This document shows, piece by piece, positions 17,335 through 27,022 of a DNA stretch of 64,000 nt (positions are counted from its first letter, which is position 1; each line of letters starts with the position of its first letter). Below the pieces are notes generated by a model. The model was not told the DNA's origin. It saw only the letters and a program-made list of their open reading frames with translations, and made no database searches. The DNA is from a bacterium. GTDB lineage: Bacteria > J088 > JAWLBW01. Both the position numbers and the translations under genes were made by a program. The stretch is taken from assembly GCA_041687475.1 (NCBI GenBank), contig JAWLBW010000001.1:4703-68702 (forward strand), written 5' to 3'.

Positions 17335-19626
17335 CTACCAGGTCGAAAGCGGGCGGAATGAACCGCGACCGTCGTATTCGAAGAGCATGTCGTCACGATG
17401 GTCGAACGAGAGAATGGCGTCGTAATTTCCGTCGAGCGTGTTCTGGTCGCCGGTGGGGTGGCGCAGACGATGCGAAATGAGCAGCCGGTCGCCGGCTTCC
17501 CACTCGCGATAGGCCTGCGCGCGAAGATCGTCGCTCGTGCCGCAGATACCGTCGGCGCCCGGTTTCACGGCCGTACGGTCGGTCGAGGGCGGCGAGACGA
17601 GCACGAGGGTCGTGGGCTGACGATCGTAGTGCGCGCCGTTGCGGAAGAGGTCAAGTTGTATCGTCACACCGGTAACCGCTGCGGCGAGGGCATGCGGCTC
17701 GCCGTTTTCCAGGCGAACGATAGAAAGATTCGAATCGTTCACCGACGCGGCGTCGAGCAACTCGTCGCGACCGATGGCGCCGGTGGTGCCGTCGGGTGTC
17801 GCGAACACCAGGCCCAGTTCCTCGTATCGGCTGACCGGCTTACCGGCTTCGCAGCGGGTGACGGAGCGGGCGTATATGCCGTGCGAGAGATGGGTGAAGG
17901 TGCCGTACGGCATGAAGGAAACCGTCTGCCCCGGCGTCGGCGGCTCGGGCGTGAGCTGGTACCACCGGCCGTCGTTCAGCTGCAGCGTGGGCGGAATGGG
18001 CATGGTCGAAATATCGCCGCCGGGCACGAGCCCGCTCCAGCGATCGTCGGCCTCACCGGTCTGCTCGTTTCCGTCTTCACGACCGTCGACTAGGGGAAAG
18101 CCGTGCTCGTCTACGATCAGCTCTTCGCCGATGTTGAGGCGCACGGAATACACCTGCCCGTCGGGACGCCGATCGGTCGTGATGTAGACATGTTCGGGTA
18201 CGATCTCGAAGGGCGCGTTTTCAAGGCCCATCTTCACGAGATCGACGTGAACGGAATAGTCGCAGGTCTTCGCTTTCCAGTAAGCGGCACAGTTGATGAC
18301 GCCTGTTTCGATGTTGACCTGCTGGCCGCGGTTGCTGCCGACGGTAAGCACTTCATCCCAGACGCCGCTTGTGGTTATCTTGAGCCCCACGAGTTCATTC
18401 GGGCGGAAAGCGCCGTTGTGAAAAACGAGAGCCTTGAATTTGTCAGGCTGCGCATCTTCGGCGCCGCCCGCGGCCGGATCGGTGAAGTAGATTTCGGAAA
18501 CCGTTACCGTGCCCGCCGTTCCGTTGTTGTCGACGATGGGCAGGCTGTAGCGATAGCCGTTCGAAGACAGGGCCACCAGCCAGGCCCCGGTAAGGCTGCC
18601 GTCGGGAATGCCCTTGAGAGCGTCGGCCGTAAGTATCGTTGCCGTGGCCGAGCCGGCCGTACCCACCAGGGGGGCGGGAATGCGCAGTCGATTGTCGAGA
18701 AACAACCGGCCGTTGAAGCTGCGTTCGTTTTCGTCGAACACGTCGAAAGCATTGACCAGCCTCGAGGGGGCAACCGGAATGGAACCCCAGCGTTGACCGA
18801 AGCCATGGGTGGGTGCGGTGTTGGGGGCCGCCACGCGCATACGCAGAACGCCCTTGGCCGGAAGCGGCAACGTTACCCGATAATCGCCGTCGGTAACAGC
18901 ATAGCTGTAGACGTCGCTGCCGGTACCGGGCAGGTATCGGGGCGGGTTTTCGTTATTCGGCATGACGCCGATGAGTTCGAGCACCCGCGGACGTGCGTTG
19001 TTGAGGGGCGTGCGCCAGATAGCCGGCGAGAAACGGTCGTCGCAGGCGAAAACGGGCAAGGACAGAAAGGGCACGGGCTTGGCTATGAAGTCGTTGTCGA
19101 CGCGCGCGTACTGATGCTCGTCCCGGGAAATATCGACGATGCCGTCGCCGTCGATGTCGGCCCCCACCAGGCCGTCGAGACCGCGCCCAAGTTCATCCGT
19201 TACCGTTTCAGGAAGTTGCAGTACGTACTGGGTATGATCGGGCAGGGCAACGCTGAAACTCACGAGGCGGTTACCGTCTTCCCAGCGAAAAGAGCCGGGT
19301 TGCGGTTCGACCGGGCTTTCGCGATTCAGGGGAACGTCATAGCCGACCGCGTCGCCCATGACTTCGTAGAAGGCGAGTCCGGCTTCGACATTGCCGCGGT
19401 TCATCGGGCGCGTGAAGCGCAGCGTAAAGCTCAAATCCGTATTCCTGTCGCACGACGAGCGGCGAAGATCGGACACGGCAGGAAGCAGACCCTCGCCCCC
19501 GGTCGTGATGGAAACCGGTTGCGGCTCGTACGACTGAGCCGAGGGTAATTCGCACGCAGCCAGCCCCAGTGCCGCCGAAAACGCGATGTGCGCTCTACGT
19601 TGCAGCCCCTTGCGTGTCATGCGCAT
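17335..19626 (-). CDS. Large lipoprotein (763 aa) with an Ig-like (Big_5/SbsA-type) N-terminal domain
   Basis: Lipobox AALGLAAC. Ig-like pattern LSFTLRFTRPM...FRWEDGNRLVSFSV...YVLQLPETVTDELGRGLDG and a Ca-binding-like DIDGDGIVD. There is a 9 nt gap from the upstream outer-membrane gene, and an AGGAGA RBS. Confidence 0.6.
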   Translation of the reverse strand: MRMTRKGLQRRAHIAFSAALGLAACELPSAQSYEPQPVSITTGGEGLLPAVSDLRRSSCDRNTDLSFTLRFTRPMNRGNVEAGLAFYEVMGDAVGYDVPLNRESPVEPQPGSFRWEDGNRLVSFSVALPDHTQYVLQLPETVTDELGRGLDGLVGADIDGDGIVDISRDEHQYARVDNDFIAKPVPFLSLPVFACDDRFSPAIWRTPLNNARPRVLELIGVMPNNENPPRYLPGTGSDVYSYAVTDGDYRVTLPLPAKGVLRMRVAAPNTAPTHGFGQRWGSIPVAPSRLVNAFDVFDENERSFNGRLFLDNRLRIPAPLVGTAGSATATILTADALKGIPDGSLTGAWLVALSSNGYRYSLPIVDNNGTAGTVTVSEIYFTDPAAGGAEDAQPDKFKALVFHNGAFRPNELVGLKITTSGVWDEVLTVGSNRGQQVNIETGVINCAAYWKAKTCDYSVHVDLVKMGLENAPFEIVPEHVYITTDRRPDGQVYSVRLNIGEELIVDEHGFPLVDGREDGNEQTGEADDRWSGLVPGGDISTMPIPPTLQLNDGRWYQLTPEPPTPGQTVSFMPYGTFTHLSHGIYARSVTRCEAGKPVSRYEELGLVFATPDGTTGAIGRDELLDAASVNDSNLSIVRLENGEPHALAAAVTGVTIQLDLFRNGAHYDRQPTTLVLVSPPSTDRTAVKPGADGICGTSDDLRAQAYREWEAGDRLLISHRLRHPTGDQNTLDGNYDAILSFDHRDDMLFEYDGRGSFRPLSTW

Positions 19627-19635
19627 TCTTTTCTC

Positions 19636-21318
19636 CTAGAATACAAGAAGCGCCGAAACCCCGAAGGCCGGGTCGGAAAGGTCTATGAACCCTTCGCCGG
19701 CAGGTTCGGCCGAGAGTATGAAGTCGATTTTTGCGCTGCGGGTAAACCAGTAGCCCGCGCCGGCCCGAAGCGTGGCGGTAACGCCGATTTCACGGACCTC
19801 GTCGACTCCGCCCGCCGGCAGAAGCGCGTTGCCGTAGCGCGTGGGCGACGATTCGCCGCTACCGGAGAAGGAGCGTCCCGAGGGCACCACCACACCCGAT
19901 AGCTCTTCGGTCTGCCGATACCAGAGGTTGCGGTAACGCAGTTCGCTGCCGAGCCGCCATTCGAGACCGGCGTTACCTTCGCTCAGCATCGTGAATGCAA
20001 GCGGAAGCCTGATGTCGAGGTCGCGCATGGCGGTTTCACGCAGGAATCGGGTCTGACCCCGGGCCTGCGAACGAACGTCGCCGTCGCTGAAGGTACCGTC
20101 GCCGTCGGCGTCGAAAAATTCGGTCACTTCATAACTCGAGGCCAGCGTTCGGGTGTCGGTGGCCTGGCGCCAGGTTACGTTGAGGCCCCATCCGAGTTGC
20201 AGCAGCGTATCGATCTGCGAGATGTGACGAAAGCCGGCCGTCGCTCGCAGCCGCTCGCCTACCGTGCCTGTCTGTACGTCGACACGCCTTTCTTCACGCT
20301 GGTAGGAGCGGTCGATACCGCCGGTGGTAACGGTTACATTGCGTGTGCCCGTGGTATCGCCGCCGAGCTCCGACAACCCGATGCCCGGCGAATACTCGCC
20401 GCCCAGGTCGAAGTAGGTGAGGCCGCTGCCCAATCGCATGAGCGTCAGGGCGATGCCGCCGAAAGGACTGGTACCCGACCATTCGCTGCGTCCCTGGAAC
20501 GTGGTCTCGGCGGTGCCGCCGGCCACGCTGGTCGACTCGACGGTTGAGACCTTGCTCAGTTTCTAGAGACGCTCGACGCCGCCGAGAACGTCGACCCCCC
20601 AACCCCACCCCGGCTCGCGGGGTGCCTTGAGGTAGCCGGTAACAAGGCCGGCCCGCAGCGATTCGCTGTCGGTACGTGGGTCGCTTGTCAGGCTGACGGT
20701 CTGGCTGCCGCCGTCACGCTCGATGAGGCTCGATAATTCTGTGCTTTCGGCCGCGCCGCCCGCCGGCGACGTAAAGGTGAACAGCCCCGGACCCACCGAA
20801 GCATCGCCCACTGAAACATCGGACCAGAGCGCCTGCAGACCGATGCCGAACTGCCCCCCGCCAAGCTCGGAACCCAGTCCGACGGCAAGCCGGGCTTCAC
20901 CTTCGCTGCGGGGGGTCGCGCCGGGTAGCCGTGTGCTCTGCTGGGTCTGAAGCAGTCCGTTGTCGGTTTCGAGAAGGCGCAGGCTGTCGACCCGCTCGCC
21001 GGAGTTCTCATATCGGTAGCCGCCCGAGCCCAGCACGGTCAACGACCAGGCGTCCGTCGAAGCATTGCCGTAGCCCAGTGCGGCGTTTCCTTCCGGCGCC
21101 AGGTTGGCCAGTTGGGTGATCATGCGGTCGGCATCCCACCGTGTGCTCCTGCGCGGTTGAATGAAACCTTCATAATCGTCGGCGAACAGACCGAAGCTGG
21201 TCTGGTAGCGCAGGCTTCGTTCGGGCAGCAGCACGGCTTCGTACTGTGCGGCCGAGGCAGGTGCGGCCAGAGGCAACAGGCCCGCCAACAGAATAGGTAT
21301 GGCTGTCAAACGTCTCAT
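19636..21318 (-). pseudogene. Outer-membrane beta-barrel protein interrupted by one in-frame TAG at 20563-20565
   Basis: ORFs 20563-21378 and 19636-20526 are in the same frame and 12 sense codons apart. The N-terminal half has a signal peptide MRRLTAIPILLAGLLPLAAPASA. The C-terminal half has none and ends in the beta-barrel signature LLVF. Confidence 0.5.
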
Positions 21319-21412
21319 AACGGCCCGAACATTGTTGCAAGTACCCTGCGACCTGTCAACGATGGACCGCCAACCCACCGAAGCACTCGTTGCAGAGAAA
21401 ACCTATCGCAGA

Positions 21413-22651
21413 TCAATGGCGGCTGAGTATGGCCAGGGTTTCGACATGATGCGTCTGCGGAAACATATCAAAACAGCCGACCTGCGCGAGACGGTAGCCG
21501 GCTTGGGCAAGCGTACGCAGATCGCGCGCCAGCGTCGAGGGCTCGCAGCTTACGTACACGATACGATCGGGCAAAAGACCGTCGGCAAGCATACCCTCGA
21601 TAAATCGGCGTGCGCCTGCGCGTGGCGGGTCGAGAAGGAGAACGGCATTCGGTGAAAAGCCTTTCTCACGCCACACCCGCATCATGGCGACCTCGTCGGC
21701 AACTTCCCACGCGGCTTCGATGCCGAGACGAGCGGCGTTGCTGCGGGCGTCGGCGATGGCGGCGGCGTTTCCTTCCATACCCAGCACACGGCAACCCCGG
21801 TGCATGGCAAGGGGAAGCGAAAAGTTGCCCATTCCACAGAAGGCGTCGACGACTTCGGCGTTTTCAGGAACCGCCGAAAGCACGCTTCGGACAAGCAGAT
21901 CGTTGATCGCCAGGTTTATCTGCACGAAGGACCAGGGGCCTGCCTCGAGCGGAACATCGGCGGCTTCGAAGGGCAGGGTGCAATCGCCCACGGTCTCACG
22001 GTTGGCCGCCACGCCCCGCGCCCAGTCAAGCCGGGGCAGGGGGCCCTTGCCCTTTCCCCGCAGAATGGCGATGGGTTTCTCGTCGGAGTCTGTGGCACGC
22101 AGTTCGACTTCGGTGTACCCCGCGGTGGTGAGGCCAGGCAGGTCGGCGCGCAGCGAACCGATGGCTCGGCTTATTGCGCCGGCGGCGACAAGACATTCGG
22201 TAATGGGCACGAAGTCATGGGTGCCTGCCGCGAAGTATCCGACATTCCGCTTCTTGAGCTTCAGGCTGACCCGGCAACGGTATGCCGCGTTCTCGGGCGA
22301 GGGCACCGGATCTTGCCACCAGCCTTCCTTCGCGTCGGGAAATCCGCGCTCGAGCTCGCGCTTTACGAGCGCTGACTTGGCGTGCAAGGCTTCGTCGGGG
22401 CGCCAGCGCATCCAGTCACAACCGCCGCAGGCTTCGGCATGGATGCAGGGCGCTTTGCCGTGCAGAGACGCGAGACGCTCGACAACCCGGGCTTCGTCGA
22501 AGCTCTTGTGCCTGCGTGTGATTTCGACGAGCACACGTTCGCCCGGCAATGCGCCGCCGATGAAGGTGGCTTTTCCGTTGATACGGGCAAAGCCCCGGCC
22601 ACCCTGGGCAACGGACTCGACCGTCAATTCGAGTTGGTCGGGCGCGGCCAT
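21413..22651 (-). CDS. rlmD: 23S rRNA (uracil-C5)-methyltransferase, RlmD/RumA family
   Basis: TRAM-like N-terminus, 4-Cys cluster (CIHAEACGGCDW) and SAM-MTase motifs (DAFCGMGNFSLPLA, LLLDPPRAG). Confidence 0.7.
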   Translation of the reverse strand: MAAPDQLELTVESVAQGGRGFARINGKATFIGGALPGERVLVEITRRHKSFDEARVVERLASLHGKAPCIHAEACGGCDWMRWRPDEALHAKSALVKRELERGFPDAKEGWWQDPVPSPENAAYRCRVSLKLKKRNVGYFAAGTHDFVPITECLVAAGAISRAIGSLRADLPGLTTAGYTEVELRATDSDEKPIAILRGKGKGPLPRLDWARGVAANRETVGDCTLPFEAADVPLEAGPWSFVQINLAINDLLVRSVLSAVPENAEVVDAFCGMGNFSLPLAMHRGCRVLGMEGNAAAIADARSNAARLGIEAAWEVADEVAMMRVWREKGFSPNAVLLLDPPRAGARRFIEGMLADGLLPDRIVYVSCEPSTLARDLRTLAQAGYRLAQVGCFDMFPQTHHVETLAILSRH

Positions 22652-22656
22652 GGGCG

Positions 22657-23346
22657 TTACCGATGGGTCGTTACGCCGCGGCGGGGGCACAGGTCGGCCA
22701 CCGGGCAGCGTGAGCAGAGCGGAGAGATGGGTTTGCAGATGGTCTGCCCCAGCGCCACCAGGTGCGAGTTGAAGAGCTTCCAGTACTCCTGGGGCAGCTT
22801 GGCCCGCAGCTGCATTTCGGTTTCTTCGGGCGTCTCGGTACGTAGGTAATCCCAGCGATTGGAGATACGATGCACGTGCGTATCGACACAGATGGCCGGC
22901 TTACCGAACCCCTCGCCGACGACAAGGTTGGCCGTCTTGCGTCCCACTCCGGGCAGACTGAGCAGCGTATCGAGATCGTCGGGCACCTGCCCACCGAAGC
23001 GCTCGACCAGCTCACGACAGACCGCGCGAATGGTCTTCGCCTTGTTGCGATAGAAGCCGGCCGGATAAATGAGCTTGGCGATTTCTTCTTCAGGCAACGC
23101 AAGCATGGCATCGGGTGTCTCGGCACGTGCGAACAGGCGCTGCGAGGCAGGCCCGGTCGTTTCGTCTTTCGTGCGCAGGCTGATCAGGGTCGCGATCAGC
23201 AGGTGAAACGGCGTCTGGCCTGCCTGGGCCATGAAGGTGATGACCGGCGCATTCCAATTGGGAAAGTCGGCGGCGAGGCGACGCACGATTTCATGAATGC
23301 GTTCATCGCCTTTGGGGGCTTGGGTTTCCTTCACGGGGGCCGGCAT
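22657..23346 (-). CDS. nth: Endonuclease III
   Basis: HhH-GPD motif [12 protein letters not shown] and C-terminal 4Fe-4S Cys cluster [17 protein letters not shown]. Confidence 0.8.
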   Translation of the reverse strand: MPAPVKETQAPKGDERIHEIVRRLAADFPNWNAPVITFMAQAGQTPFHLLIATLISLRTKDETTGPASQRLFARAETPDAMLALPEEEIAKLIYPAGFYRNKAKTIRAVCRELVERFGGQVPDDLDTLLSLPGVGRKTANLVVGEGFGKPAICVDTHVHRISNRWDYLRTETPEETEMQLRAKLPQEYWKLFNSHLVALGQTICKPISPLCSRCPVADLCPRRGVTTHR

Positions 23347-23370
23347 CAGACGAATCGGGGAAAAAAGGGT

Positions 23371-24141
23371 TCAGGATGCAAGCTCGTACGCGACGATGCC
23401 TGCGGTAATGCCTACGTTCAGCGACTCGGCCGGCCCCGGCATGGGAATGTGAAAGGCATCGTCGACGAGTTGGCCGAGTTCGCCGCGCACCCCGTGCGCT
23501 TCGTTGCCGAGCACAACGGCCACCCGCTCGCGTTCGGTAAGATTGTATACAGGTGTGCCCTGGCCGGCTTCGGCGCGCAGAATCGTGAACCCTTCGTCTC
23601 GGAGCAGGCCGACGGCCTCGGCTACGCCGCCATAGACAAGCGGCACGCGGAAGAGGCTGCCCATCGCCCCACGAATCACTTTCTGATTATAGGCGTCGAC
23701 CGTATCGTCGGTGGCGATGACGCCGCCCAGGTCGAAGGCGTCGGCAATGCGTAGAATGGTGCCCAGGTTGCCGGGGTCGCGCACGCCGTCGAGAATAAAG
23801 ACCGGGTGACCGGGCGAGATGATGTCTTCCAGCGTCCACCCGAGTTTCGGCACTACGGCGATCACGCCCTGGTCCTGCTCGGTTGCCGTTACCTTTCCGA
23901 GCGCCGACTCGGAAACGTGCACCTTTTCGGCCCCCCGGCGCACCAGGCTGTCGAGCAGGGTAAGACCCCGCGGTGTAGCCTCGAGGCGGTCGGAGTAGAA
24001 GACCGATTCGACGCGAACGCCGGCACGTACGGCTTCTTCCAGGGCGCGTACGCCTTCAACGGCGAAGACCGGCCACTCGCGCGGCTCGCGAATTACCTTC
24101 CGCAGATTCTGTATCCGGGTGTTCGAGGGGCTCGTAATCAT
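23371..24141 (-). CDS. SpoU/TrmH-family RNA 2'-O-methyltransferase
   Basis: SPOUT motifs ILDGVRDPGNLGTILR and LGNEAHGV. Confidence 0.7.
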   Translation of the reverse strand: MITSPSNTRIQNLRKVIREPREWPVFAVEGVRALEEAVRAGVRVESVFYSDRLEATPRGLTLLDSLVRRGAEKVHVSESALGKVTATEQDQGVIAVVPKLGWTLEDIISPGHPVFILDGVRDPGNLGTILRIADAFDLGGVIATDDTVDAYNQKVIRGAMGSLFRVPLVYGGVAEAVGLLRDEGFTILRAEAGQGTPVYNLTERERVAVVLGNEAHGVRGELGQLVDDAFHIPMPGPAESLNVGITAGIVAYELAS

Positions 24142-24286
24142 TTCTATACTGTAGCAGACCATGGCCGCCACGCGCCGCAGGGCGAGTCAGTGAGAAAGCC
24201 CCTCGGTTACCTCGAGGAGGCCGGCCCTTCGCCCACAGGGGCTTTCGGTGACAGGCTGTACGGAAAATCTTTCTGCGAAAAAAGAA

Positions 24287-24306
24287 AAGCGGGTCGGAAC
24301 CCGCTT
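24287..24306 (-). terminator. Rho-independent terminator after lon
   Basis: AAGCGGG-tcggaa-CCCGCTT hairpin followed on the minus strand by TTTTCTTTTTT. Confidence 0.5.
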
Positions 24307-24328
24307 TTCTGCATCTGCATTCTTCTTG

Positions 24329-26812
24329 TCAGTGCGCCGCTGTCGGCGCCCGGTGCCCGAAGATGTTGATGTCGAGGTAGTTTTCACGGGGTCGGGTTTT
24401 ACCGCCACCCGAGGTTTTGGCTACCTTGGTCGACTTCGGCGCCGCCTTCTTGTCGAGGGCGATGTTGAGCACCTCGTCCATGCGGTTGACGAAGTGGAAG
24501 GTCACACCCTTGATGACTTCCTTGGGAATTTCGTCGACGTGCGCCTTGTTTCGCTCGGGCAGGATGATGGTCTTCACTCCGGCCCGCTTGGCCGCAATGA
24601 CTTTCTCCTTGATGCCGCCGACGGGCAGAACCGCGCCACGCAGGGTAATTTCACCCGTCATGGCCAGTTTCTCGCGCACCGGAATACCCGACAGCAGGCT
24701 CGTCAGGGCCGTGAGCAGGGTCACGCCGGCACTCGGGCCGTCCTTGGGAATGGCGCCGGCAGGCACGTGAATGTGCAGGTCGATGTCGTCGAAAATGTCT
24801 TCGTTGACATGAAACTCACGTGCCTTGCTCTTGATGTAGCTCATGGCGGCCTGGGCGCTTTCCTTCATGACGTCGCCGAGCTGGCCCGTGAGCTGCAGGT
24901 TGCCCTTGCCCTTCATCTTGGTGGCCTCGATGAAGAGAATGTCGCCGCCCACCGGTGTCCACGCAAGGCCCACGGCCACGCCGGGCACCTGCACCCGGTC
25001 GACAATGTCGGGGTGATACTTGCGGGGGCCCAGGTAATTCGGCACGTCATCGGCCGATACCTTGGTGCGGCCACGCTTGCCTTCGGCCACCCGCTTGGCG
25101 ACGCCGCGGCAAATGGCGGCGATTTCGCGCTTCAGCCCGCGTACGCCGCTTTCCTTGCTGTAGCCGTCGATGATGGCGGCAAGCGCGTCGTCGGTGAGGT
25201 CGAGGTTCTTGGGCACCAGACCATGCTCGTCGAGCTGTTCGGGCAGCAGGAATTCGCGTGCGATACGCATCTTCTCTTCCTGCGTGTAGCCGGGCACTTC
25301 GATGATTTCCATACGGTCGCGCAGGGGCGACGGAATGGTGTCGAGCTGGTTGGCCGTGGCGATGAAGAGAACCTTGGAAAGGTCGTACGGCACCTCGAGG
25401 TAATGGTCCTGGAAGGTGTTGTTCTGTTCCGGATCGAGCACTTCGAGCATGGCCGAGCTGGGGTCGCCGCGGAAGTCGCTGCCCAGCTTGTCGATTTCGT
25501 CGAGCATGAACACGGGGTTGCCGCTGCCGGCGCGCTTCATGCCCTGCACGATGCGACCGGGCAAGGCGCCTACGTATGTGCGGCGATGTCCGCGCACTTC
25601 GGCTTCGTCACGTACGCCGCCGAGACTCATGCGAACAAACTTGCGCCCCAGGGCGCGGGCCACGCTTTTTCCAAGCGAGGTCTTGCCCACTCCGGGTGGA
25701 CCCACCAGACACAGAATCGGACCCTTGAGGTCGTTCTTGAGTTTGAGTACGGCAAGGTACTCGAGAATGCGTTTCTTGACTTTTTCCAGACCGTAGTGGT
25801 CTTCATTGAGAATCGCCTCGGCGGCCGCAATGTCGAGCTGATCCTCGGTATACGATTCCCAGGGAAGCTCGACAATCCAATCGAGGTACGTGCGGGTGAT
25901 CGCATGTTCCGGCGAGTGAGGCGAGATGCGTTCGAGGCGGTTGAGCTCCTTGAAGGCGACCTTCTTTGCCGTTTCCGGCATCGGTTTGTCGTCAATGGCC
26001 CGCCGCAGCTCTTCCATCTCATCGGCTTCGTCTTCGCTGTCGCCGAGTTCCTTTTTGATGACCTTCAGCTGTTCGCGCAGGTAATACTCACGGTGGCTCT
26101 TGTCGATTTCGCCCTTGACCTGACTCTGAATCTTGTTCGAGAGTTCGAGAACGTGAATTTCCTTGAGCAGGTGATCGGTGACCCGCTTCAGCCGTTCATT
26201 GGTCGACAGAGTTTCGAGAATATCCTGCTTTTCGGCGACCCCCAGCTTCAGATTACTGGCGATGAGATCGGCCAGAATGCTGGGGTTGTCGAGATTCTGC
26301 ACGACGAAGGCGGCCTCTTCGGGCACGGCCGGCGACAGGTCTATGGCCCGCTTCGCCATGTTTTTCAGATTGACCATCAGGGCTTCGGCCTCGATGGTGT
26401 TCTCCGTCGTTTCGTCGAGAGGGTCGACAGCGACCTTGACGTACGGCTCCTTGTGCAGGAGCTCGCGAATGCGGAAGCGGGTGAAACCCTGCACCACGAT
26501 ATTCTGCGAGCCGTCGGGCAGCTTGATGAGCTTCAGAATCTTGGCAATGACACCGATATCATATAAATCTTCGTGATCGGGGTCTTCGGTTTCCGGATCC
26601 CGCTGGGTCACAATGCCGACGACCTTGTTGTTGAGCAGGGCCTCTTCCAGGGCGGCCAGGCTCTTCTCGCGGCCAACGGTGAGCGGAATCGTCAGAACCG
26701 GGAAGACGACCGTGTTGCGCAGCGGTATGATCGGAATCTCACGGGGGAAATCGCCCGCGAATTCGCCGCGCAGGTCACGTTCAATCATTTCCTTGTTGAC
26801 TTTCTCATCCAT
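24329..26812 (-). CDS. lon: ATP-dependent Lon protease
   Basis: LON N-terminal domain, Walker A GPPGVGKTS, and Ser-Lys protease dyad region DGPSAGVTLLTAL...K. Confidence 0.95.
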   Translation of the reverse strand: MDEKVNKEMIERDLRGEFAGDFPREIPIIPLRNTVVFPVLTIPLTVGREKSLAALEEALLNNKVVGIVTQRDPETEDPDHEDLYDIGVIAKILKLIKLPDGSQNIVVQGFTRFRIRELLHKEPYVKVAVDPLDETTENTIEAEALMVNLKNMAKRAIDLSPAVPEEAAFVVQNLDNPSILADLIASNLKLGVAEKQDILETLSTNERLKRVTDHLLKEIHVLELSNKIQSQVKGEIDKSHREYYLREQLKVIKKELGDSEDEADEMEELRRAIDDKPMPETAKKVAFKELNRLERISPHSPEHAITRTYLDWIVELPWESYTEDQLDIAAAEAILNEDHYGLEKVKKRILEYLAVLKLKNDLKGPILCLVGPPGVGKTSLGKSVARALGRKFVRMSLGGVRDEAEVRGHRRTYVGALPGRIVQGMKRAGSGNPVFMLDEIDKLGSDFRGDPSSAMLEVLDPEQNNTFQDHYLEVPYDLSKVLFIATANQLDTIPSPLRDRMEIIEVPGYTQEEKMRIAREFLLPEQLDEHGLVPKNLDLTDDALAAIIDGYSKESGVRGLKREIAAICRGVAKRVAEGKRGRTKVSADDVPNYLGPRKYHPDIVDRVQVPGVAVGLAWTPVGGDILFIEATKMKGKGNLQLTGQLGDVMKESAQAAMSYIKSKAREFHVNEDIFDDIDLHIHVPAGAIPKDGPSAGVTLLTALTSLLSGIPVREKLAMTGEITLRGAVLPVGGIKEKVIAAKRAGVKTIILPERNKAHVDEIPKEVIKGVTFHFVNRMDEVLNIALDKKAAPKSTKVAKTSGGGKTRPRENYLDINIFGHRAPTAAH

Positions 26813-26842
26813 TAAGACAGTACTCCTTCTTATCCGATCTTC

Positions 26843-26871
26843 AATCTAATACCTGCCCATCGGCTTTGCAA
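26843..26871 (-). promoter_or_regulatory. Candidate sigma70-type promoter of lon
   Basis: On the minus strand: TTGCAA, then 17 nt, then TAGATT, about 25 nt upstream of the AAGGAG RBS and ATG. Not a sigma32 consensus. Confidence 0.25.
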
Positions 26872-27022
26872 GGATGATAGGCTCACTTTTCCCCTCGTGA
26901 CGGTCTTTTCGCCGATTTGGCCGAAAAACTCATCAAAAGCCCGTCCTTTCGCCGGTTTCGACGAGAACCCGCGCCACAACGGCGATTTGCCCGGATTCAC
27001 CCGCGCGTGATAGTTTGAGTGC

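Noticed and set aside
18103-19548. 481 aa plus-strand ORF, together with other long antisense ORFs (9080-10069, 10817-11635, 13416-14456, 21684-22772, 22870-23754, 29613-30548, 47040-47951, 48889-50214, 57071-58114, 60250-61221, 62118-62726)
   Set aside because: Each lies opposite a gene with strong family motifs. The translations are compositionally biased and motif-free. Overlap of this size on both strands is not expected.
20527-20565. Alternative genetic code (TAG as sense) to explain the split outer-membrane protein
   Set aside because: TAG clearly terminates other well-defined genes in the window (MFS at 4195-4197, and the same outer-membrane gene's own end at 19636-19638), so standard code 11 applies.
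24248-26566. 772 aa ORF on the plus strand
   Set aside because: It is entirely antisense to the unmistakable lon gene. Its composition is Gly/Arg/Ala/Val-rich with no motifs. This is the typical GC-rich antisense open frame.
26843-26871. Heat-shock sigma32 promoter for lon
   Set aside because: The sequence does not fit CTTGAAA-N13-15-CCCCATnT. Only a sigma70-like TTGCAA-17-TAGATT arrangement is present, reported at low confidence.
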